Below, piece by piece: positions 58,214 to 64,000 of a stretch of DNA of 64,000 nt (its first letter is position 1; each line of letters opens with the position of its first letter). A program made the translations under genes and the position numbers. This stretch comes from Candidatus Omnitrophota bacterium (GTDB lineage: Bacteria > Omnitrophota > Gorgyraeia > Aquiviventales > Aquiviventaceae), in the NCBI GenBank assembly GCA_016192545.1, contig JACPTX010000028.1, positions 8,686 through 72,685 of the forward strand, read 5' to 3'. The notes under the pieces were generated by a model. It was not told the origin of the DNA. It did not search any database and was given only the letters and a program-made list of their open reading frames with translations.

Positions 58214-60664
58214 ATGTTCAATAAATTCACCGAACGGGCCCGGAAAGTCATCCTGCTGGCGAAGGAAGAGGCCAAGCGGTTCAACCACGACTACATCGGG
58301 ACCGAGCACATCCTCCTCGGCCTCATCCGCGAGGGCGAGGGGGTGGCGGCGGCGGTCCTGCAGAAACTGGGCCTCTCGCCGGAGAAGATCCGCCTGGAGG
58401 TCGAGAAGCTCGTGCAGAGCGGCCCCAGCACCATGGTCTCCGGCGACATCCCCTTCACGCCGAAGGCGAAGAAGGTCATCGAGCTGGCGATGGAGGAGGC
58501 CCGGTCGCTCGGCCACAACTACATCGGGACCGAGCACCTGCTCCTCGGCCTCATCCGCGAGGGCGAGGGGGTGGCCTCGCAGGTGCTCATGAACCTCGGG
58601 CTGGACCTCAACCGCGTGCGCAACGAAGTCATCACCCTGCTGGGCTCCAGCGGCCCGGCCCCGACGGGCGGCGGCTCCTCGAAGACGAAGACGCCGGCGC
58701 TGGATGCGTTCGGCCGCGACCTCACGAAGCTCGCGCAGGACGGCAAGCTTGATCCGGTCATCGGCCGCAAGGACGAGATCGAGCGCGTCATCCAGATTCT
58801 CGCGCGCCGCACCAAGAACAACCCGGTGCTGCTCGGCGAGGCGGGCGTCGGCAAGACGGCGATCGTCGAAGGGCTGGCGCAGAAGATCGTGAAGGGCGAC
58901 GTGCCCGAGATCCTGCGCGACAAGCGCGTCATCATCCTGGACCTGGCCCTGATGGTCGCCGGCACCAAGTACCGCGGGCAGTTCGAGGAGCGCATCAAGG
59001 CCGTGATGGATGAGATCCGCCGCTCCGAGAACATCACCCTGTTCATCGACGAGCTGCACACGCTCGTGGGCGCCGGCTCCGCGGAGGGCGCGATCGACGC
59101 CTCCAACATCCTGAAGCCCGCGCTGTCCCGCGGCGAGGTCCAGTGCATCGGCGCGACGACGCTCGATGAGTACCGCAAGTACATCGAGAAGGACTCGGCC
59201 CTCGAGCGCCGGTTCCAGACGATTGTGGTCGAGCCGCCGTCGGTGTCGGAGACGATCGAGATCCTGAAGGGCCTGCGCGACAAGTACGAGGCGCACCACC
59301 GGGTGAAGTACCTCGACGAAGCGCTCGAGGCGGCGGCGAAGACGTCGGACCGCTACATCGCCGGGCGCTTCCTGCCGGACAAGGCGATTGACCTGATCGA
59401 CGAGGCGGGCTCCCGCGCGCGGCTGTCGGTCCTGACCGTGCCGCCGGACATCAAGGAGCTCGAGGAGAAGATCGAGACCATCCGCAAGGAGAAGGAAGCC
59501 GCCATCAAGGGCCAGGACTTCGAGCGGGCCGCCAGCTTGCGCGACCAGGAGCGCGAGGCGAAGGAGCGCCTGGAGAAGGTCAAGCTGGAGTGGAAGAAAA
59601 CGAAGGGCGATGCGATGCCGGTCATCACGTCGGAGGACATCGCCATCGTCGTGTCGAAGTGGACCGGCGTGCCGGTCTCGCGGCTGGAGGAGAAGGAAGG
59701 CGAGCGGCTCCTCAAGATGGAGCAGGCGGTGCACAGCCGCATCATCGGGCAGGAGGAAGCGATCTCCGCCATCGCCCGCGCCATCCGCCGCTCGCGCGCC
59801 GGCATCAAGGATCCCCGCCGGCCGATCGGCTCCTTCATCTTCCTCGGACCCACCGGGGTCGGGAAAAGCCTGCTGGCCAGGGCGCTGGCCGAGTTTCTGT
59901 TCGGCGATGAAGAGGCCCTGACCCAGATCGACATGTCCGAGTATATGGAGAAGTTCAACGTCTCCCGGCTGGTGGGCGCCCCGCCCGGCTACGTCGGCTA
60001 CGAAGAGGGCGGCCAGCTCACGGAACGGATCCGCCGCCGGCCGTACTCGGTGGTCCTGCTGGATGAGATCGAGAAGGCCCACCCGGACGTCTTCAACCTG
60101 CTCCTGCAGGTGCTGGAGGACGGGCGGCTGACGGACAGCTTCGGCCGCAAGGTGGACTTCCGCAACACGGTGCTCATCATGACCTCGAACCTCGGCGCGG
60201 AGCAGCTGAAGAAGCAGGGCAGCCTCGGCTTTGCGCCCGCGAAGGAAGAGGTCACGTTCGAGAAGATGAAGGACCAGCTGATGGACGAGGTCAAGCGGGC
60301 CTTCAAGCCGGAGTTCCTCAACCGGATCGACGACGTGATTGTGTTCCGGCCGCTCACCCGCGAGGACCTCAACCAGATCGTGGAGCTGGAGATCGGCTAC
60401 GTGAAGGAGCGCCTGCGCGAGCAGGAGGTCCTCATCGAGCTGGATCAGAGCGCCAAGGATTTCCTCGTCGAGAAGGGCTTCGACCCGGTGTTCGGCGCCC
60501 GGCCGCTCAAGCGCGTGATCCAGCGCTTCCTGGAGGACCCGCTGGCGGAGGAGGTCATCGCTCGCCGGTTCAAGCAGGGCTCGCCCGTCCGGGTCTTCCG
60601 CAAGGGCGAGCGGCTGGAATTCGAAGGCGAGCTGGTTGTGGAACGTCCTGCGACCACGAGCTGA
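58214..60664 (+). CDS. clpC: ATP-dependent Clp protease ATPase ClpC
   Basis: Two Clp_N repeats, [12 protein letters not shown]-domain, [20 protein letters not shown] loop. Confidence 0.97.
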   Translation: MFNKFTERARKVILLAKEEAKRFNHDYIGTEHILLGLIREGEGVAAAVLQKLGLSPEKIRLEVEKLVQSGPSTMVSGDIPFTPKAKKVIELAMEEARSLGHNYIGTEHLLLGLIREGEGVASQVLMNLGLDLNRVRNEVITLLGSSGPAPTGGGSSKTKTPALDAFGRDLTKLAQDGKLDPVIGRKDEIERVIQILARRTKNNPVLLGEAGVGKTAIVEGLAQKIVKGDVPEILRDKRVIILDLALMVAGTKYRGQFEERIKAVMDEIRRSENITLFIDELHTLVGAGSAEGAIDASNILKPALSRGEVQCIGATTLDEYRKYIEKDSALERRFQTIVVEPPSVSETIEILKGLRDKYEAHHRVKYLDEALEAAAKTSDRYIAGRFLPDKAIDLIDEAGSRARLSVLTVPPDIKELEEKIETIRKEKEAAIKGQDFERAASLRDQEREAKERLEKVKLEWKKTKGDAMPVITSEDIAIVVSKWTGVPVSRLEEKEGERLLKMEQAVHSRIIGQEEAISAIARAIRRSRAGIKDPRRPIGSFIFLGPTGVGKSLLARALAEFLFGDEEALTQIDMSEYMEKFNVSRLVGAPPGYVGYEEGGQLTERIRRRPYSVVLLDEIEKAHPDVFNLLLQVLEDGRLTDSFGRKVDFRNTVLIMTSNLGAEQLKKQGSLGFAPAKEEVTFEKMKDQLMDEVKRAFKPEFLNRIDDVIVFRPLTREDLNQIVELEIGYVKERLREQEVLIELDQSAKDFLVEKGFDPVFGARPLKRVIQRFLEDPLAEEVIARRFKQGSPVRVFRKGERLEFEGELVVERPATTS

Positions 60665-60683
60665 CACCAGTGTCCCCTCCACA

Positions 60684-60727
60684 AAAAGTGACAGTCACTT
60701 TTTCCCGAAAAAGTGACTGTCACTTTT
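60684..60727. repeat. Tandem AAAAGTGAC-W-GTCACTTTT palindrome pair, locus 3
   Basis: Copies at 60684 and 60709. Confidence 0.9.
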
Positions 60728-60740
60728 CCTGTTGCCGCGG

Positions 60741-61538
60741 ATGAAAGTGTCCCGGATCGCCGTGCCCGTCGCCGTGGCGGGCGCCTGGATGGTGGAGCTG
60801 CTGGAATACGCCGGCCACCTGGGCCTCCTGCTGGTCCAGTCGGTGGGCGGGTGTTTCCTGCGGCCGCTGCGCGTCAAGTCGATAGGCTACGAGCTCCTGA
60901 AGATCGGCGCGCAGTCCTGGTTCATCGTCTCCCTCTCCTTGCTCTTCGTCGGGATGGTGCTCGCGTTCCAGAGCGCCTACCAGATGAAGCGGCTGGCCGC
61001 GGAAATCTACATCGCCAGCCTCGTGTCGCTCTCGGTGGTGCGCGAGATCGGGCCGGTCATCACCGCCCTCATCGTCGCCGGCCGCGTCGGCTCGGCGATC
61101 GCCGCGGAGCTGGGCACGATGAAGGTGACCGAGCAGATCGACGCGCTGGTGACGCTGGCCACCGATCCGGTCCGCTACCTGGTCGTGCCGCGCCTGCTGG
61201 CCGCGGTGGTGGCCTTGCCGCTCCTGACGCTGTGGGCGGATGCGGTCGGCATCCTGGGCGGGATGCTCGTGGGGACCATGAAGCTCAGCATCCTGCCGAG
61301 CCTGTACTGGAAGATGACGACGCTGCCGCTCGTGTTCAAGGATCTGGGCTCCGGGCTGCTCAAATCCCTTGTGTTCGCGGTCATCATCTGCGTGGTGAGC
61401 TGCCTGGAAGGGTTCCGCACGGAGGGCGGGGCGGAAGGGGTGGGCCGGGCGACGACGAAAGCCGTCGTGTCGTCGTTCATCCTGATCATCGCGGCCGACT
61501 GTTTCTTCACCGCGCTCTTCTACTTCGTCGGGCGATGA
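60741..61538 (+). CDS. mlaE: MlaE-family ABC permease
   Basis: REIGPV.TAL..AGRVGS..AAELGTMKVTEQIDAL, GAEGVGRATT; start uncertain. Confidence 0.9.
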   Translation: MKVSRIAVPVAVAGAWMVELLEYAGHLGLLLVQSVGGCFLRPLRVKSIGYELLKIGAQSWFIVSLSLLFVGMVLAFQSAYQMKRLAAEIYIASLVSLSVVREIGPVITALIVAGRVGSAIAAELGTMKVTEQIDALVTLATDPVRYLVVPRLLAAVVALPLLTLWADAVGILGGMLVGTMKLSILPSLYWKMTTLPLVFKDLGSGLLKSLVFAVIICVVSCLEGFRTEGGAEGVGRATTKAVVSSFILIIAADCFFTALFYFVGR

Positions 61539-61542
61539 GCGC

Positions 61543-62367
61543 ATGATTGAGATCGCCGGCCTCACGAAGTCGTTCAACAGCCATCAGGTCCTCGACCGCC
61601 TGAGCCTCACCGTCAAGACGGGCGAGACCCTGGTCGTCATCGGGCGCTCCGGCTGCGGCAAGTCCGTCCTGCTGAAGCACATCATCGGGCTGATGAAGCC
61701 GCAGGAGGGCTCCATCATCATTGACGGGATCGACGTGACCAAGCTCTCGGGGCGCGCCTTGGACGTCCTGCGCAAGCGATTCGGCATGCTCTTCCAGGGC
61801 GCGGCCCTCTTCGACTCGCTGACGGTCTGGGAGAACGTGGGGTTCGCCCTGCACGAGCACACCTCGACGGAGGAGGCCGCGATCCGCGAGCGGGTGCGCG
61901 AGTGCCTGGCGCTCGTGGGGCTGGAGGGGGTGGAGGAGCTGATGCCCTCGGAGCTGTCCGGCGGGATGCGCAAGCGGGTGGGCCTGGCGCGCGCGATCGC
62001 GATGAACCCGGATATCATCCTGTACGATGAACCGACGACCGGGGTCGATCCCATCATGGGCGACGTCATCAACGACCTCATCATCGGCCTGCGGGACCGC
62101 ATGCGCGTCACCTCGGTCGTGGTGACGCACGACATGGCCAGCGCCTACAAGGTGGCGGATCGCATCGCCATGCTTTACAATGGGGGCATCGTGGAGGTCG
62201 GCAGCCCGGAGGAGATCCGGCAGTCCCGGAATCCCGTCGTGCAGCAGTTCATCCAAGGCAAGGCCGCGGGGCCGATCCAGGAGGGCCTGCCGGACCGCCG
62301 CATCCTGTCGCGCTGGCGCAAGCTGCCGTGGAAGAGCCAGCGGAATCCGGAGGAACCGGAAGTCTGA
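61543..62367 (+). CDS. mlaF: MlaF-family ABC ATPase
   Basis: GRSGCGKS, LFQGAALFDS, LSGGMRKRV.LARA, YDEPT. Confidence 0.9.
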   Translation: MIEIAGLTKSFNSHQVLDRLSLTVKTGETLVVIGRSGCGKSVLLKHIIGLMKPQEGSIIIDGIDVTKLSGRALDVLRKRFGMLFQGAALFDSLTVWENVGFALHEHTSTEEAAIRERVRECLALVGLEGVEELMPSELSGGMRKRVGLARAIAMNPDIILYDEPTTGVDPIMGDVINDLIIGLRDRMRVTSVVVTHDMASAYKVADRIAMLYNGGIVEVGSPEEIRQSRNPVVQQFIQGKAAGPIQEGLPDRRILSRWRKLPWKSQRNPEEPEV

Positions 62368-63122
62368 TGGCACCACGCCGCGTGTCGCTCGAGATGAAAG
62401 TCGGGGCGTTCATCGTCACCGGCGTCGCCCTCCTCGTCTTCTTCCTCTTTGCCATCGGTGACCTCGCCACCTACCTGCAGCCGGGCTACTCCCTGCGGGT
62501 CCTGTTCGATTCGGCCAACGGGATCGGTGAGGGCTCCCCGGTGCAGTACGCCGGGGTGGAAGTCGGGAAGGTGGCCGTCGTCCGCATCGTGTATCCGGAC
62601 AACGGGCCGGTCCCCAAGGTCGAGCTGCTGGCGCGCCTGCCGCGCCATGTCAAGATCCGCAGCGACGACGAAGCGTCCATCAGCACCTTCGGACTCCTGG
62701 GGGAGAAGTATCTCGCGCTCATGCCGGGGCCCGGCGCGGGGGCCCTGCTCCAGTCGGGCGAGGTGCTGGTCGGCAAGCCGCCCGTGTCGACCGAGCAGGT
62801 CATCGAACGGTCCAACGAAGTCCTCTCGGAGCTCAAGCGCACCTTGGAGGGGCTGAACAATATCGTGGGGGATCCGGAAACTCGGACCAACCTGAAGGAA
62901 ACCCTGAACGAGGCCCGTGATGCCACGCGCAACTGGAAGATCCTCGGCCAGCGGTTGAACCTCGCCATGTCGCACGTCGAAGACGGCCAGGGCTCGGTGG
63001 GCAAGCTCCTCTATGACGAGGAGCTCTACCAGCGGATCGTGCTGTTCGTGGACGACCTCCGCTCGCATCCCTGGAAGCTGCTGATCCGTCCTCCAAAGAC
63101 CCAACAGAAATCAACGCGTTGA
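62367..63122 (+). CDS. mlaD: MlaD/MCE-domain protein
   Basis: N-terminal TM, G.PV.YAGVEVGKV, GLLGEKY. Confidence 0.88.
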   Translation: MAPRRVSLEMKVGAFIVTGVALLVFFLFAIGDLATYLQPGYSLRVLFDSANGIGEGSPVQYAGVEVGKVAVVRIVYPDNGPVPKVELLARLPRHVKIRSDDEASISTFGLLGEKYLALMPGPGAGALLQSGEVLVGKPPVSTEQVIERSNEVLSELKRTLEGLNNIVGDPETRTNLKETLNEARDATRNWKILGQRLNLAMSHVEDGQGSVGKLLYDEELYQRIVLFVDDLRSHPWKLLIRPPKTQQKSTR

Positions 63123-63125
63123 AGG

Positions 63126-63185
63126 CGTTCTAGGCTCTAGGTTGAAGGCTCTAGGCCTGGAGCCTTGAGCCTCGAACCTCGAGCG
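63126..63185. repeat. Intergenic 4x7/4x7 heptamer hairpin (same family as lysS/lnt/secA inserts)
   Basis: cg ttctagg ctctagg ttgaagg ctctagg cctggag ccttgag cctcgaa cctcgag cg. Confidence 0.9.
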
Positions 63186-63193
63186 AGTTTGTC

Positions 63194-64000
63194 ATGCCGA
63201 AGCTCAAGACCCTCTTCATCTGCCAGCAGTGCGGGTCCCAGTCCGTCAAATGGCTGGGCCGCTGCCCATCCTGCGACGCCTGGGGCTCCCTCGTCGAGGA
63301 AGTCGTTGACGAGGGCCCGCGGACCGCCACCCTGCCGGCCGAGGCCGCCGCGCCGACGCCCTTGGCCGACGTGACCTTCGATGACACCGCCCGCATTCCG
63401 AGCGGCATCGGGGAGCTGGACCGCGTGCTGGGGGGAGGCCTGGTCCCCGGCTCGGTGACGCTCGTCGGCGGGGAGCCCGGCATCGGGAAGTCCACGCTGC
63501 TGCTGTCGATGGCCGGCCGCTTGAGCGCCGCCGGCATCCGCGTCCTGTACGTCAGCGGCGAGGAGAGCCTGCGCCAGACCAAGCTGCGCGCGGTCCGGCT
63601 GGGATTCGCGTCGTCGGCCATGCAGCTGCTGGCGCACACCCAGCTGGACGCGGTCGAAGAGGCGCTGCGCAACGTCTCGCCGCAGGCCGCCATCGTCGAC
63701 TCGATTCAGGTGATGGAATCGGCGGACCTGGGCTCCGCGCCCGGCTCCATCAGCCAGGTGCGCGCCTGCGCCCATGCGCTGGTGCGCATCGCGAAGACGT
63801 CCGGCTGCGCGCTCTTGCTCGTCGGGCATGTGACGAAGGACGGCTTCTTGGCCGGTCCGAAGGTGCTGGAGCATCTCGTGGATACGGTGCTGTATTTCGA
63901 CGGGGAGCCGACGAGCGGCTTCCGGCTGCTGCGCAGCCTGAAGAACCGGTTCGGCGCGACGCATGAGCTGGGCGTCTTCCACATGACCTCCGAGGGGCTC
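63194..64000 (+). CDS. radA: DNA repair protein RadA/Sms (3' partial)
   Basis: CQQCG..KWLGRCPSC, GGEPGIGKSTL, VDSIQ, GHVTK.G..AGPK.LEH.VD, KNRFG. Confidence 0.95.
   Translation, partial: MPKLKTLFICQQCGSQSVKWLGRCPSCDAWGSLVEEVVDEGPRTATLPAEAAAPTPLADVTFDDTARIPSGIGELDRVLGGGLVPGSVTLVGGEPGIGKSTLLLSMAGRLSAAGIRVLYVSGEESLRQTKLRAVRLGFASSAMQLLAHTQLDAVEEALRNVSPQAAIVDSIQVMESADLGSAPGSISQVRACAHALVRIAKTSGCALLLVGHVTKDGFLAGPKVLEHLVDTVLYFDGEPTSGFRLLRSLKNRFGATHELGVFHMTSEGL

Noticed and set aside
58286-58575. Near-identical ~62-nt direct repeat in clpC (58286 and 58514)
   Set aside because: Normal duplicated Clp_N motif ([21 protein letters not shown])

Overview
High-GC, gene-dense core chromosome of a diderm bacterium. 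Gene content and order (lnt, lolE/D, mlaEFD, bamD, lptE, mcsA-mcsB-clpC without ctsR, class II RNR) suggest a PVC-superphylum lineage such as Ca. Omnitrophota; this is inference, not a database result. About 60 CDS, mostly housekeeping, plus tRNA-Leu(CAA), tRNA-Ala(GGC) and the prfB +1 programmed frameshift. I saw no prophage, integrase, transposase or CRISPR array. Most notable: (1) several families of short palindromic elements, including 4x7-nt hairpins inserted in frame inside lysS, lnt, secA and lptE, with repeat variants that avoid stop codons, and a second family inside comEC and a NifU_N protein; (2) an operon of two Ddl-like ATP-grasp ligases plus a KamA lysine 2,3-aminomutase, preceded by a structured leader with a uORF and terminator, whose second ligase has no canonical start (likely AUC); (3) four short internal deletions (nrdJ and lnt active sites, gpmA and lolE frameshifts), most likely assembly gaps; (4) an RNase H-like exonuclease-WYL fusion next to a DUF5674 gene pair.
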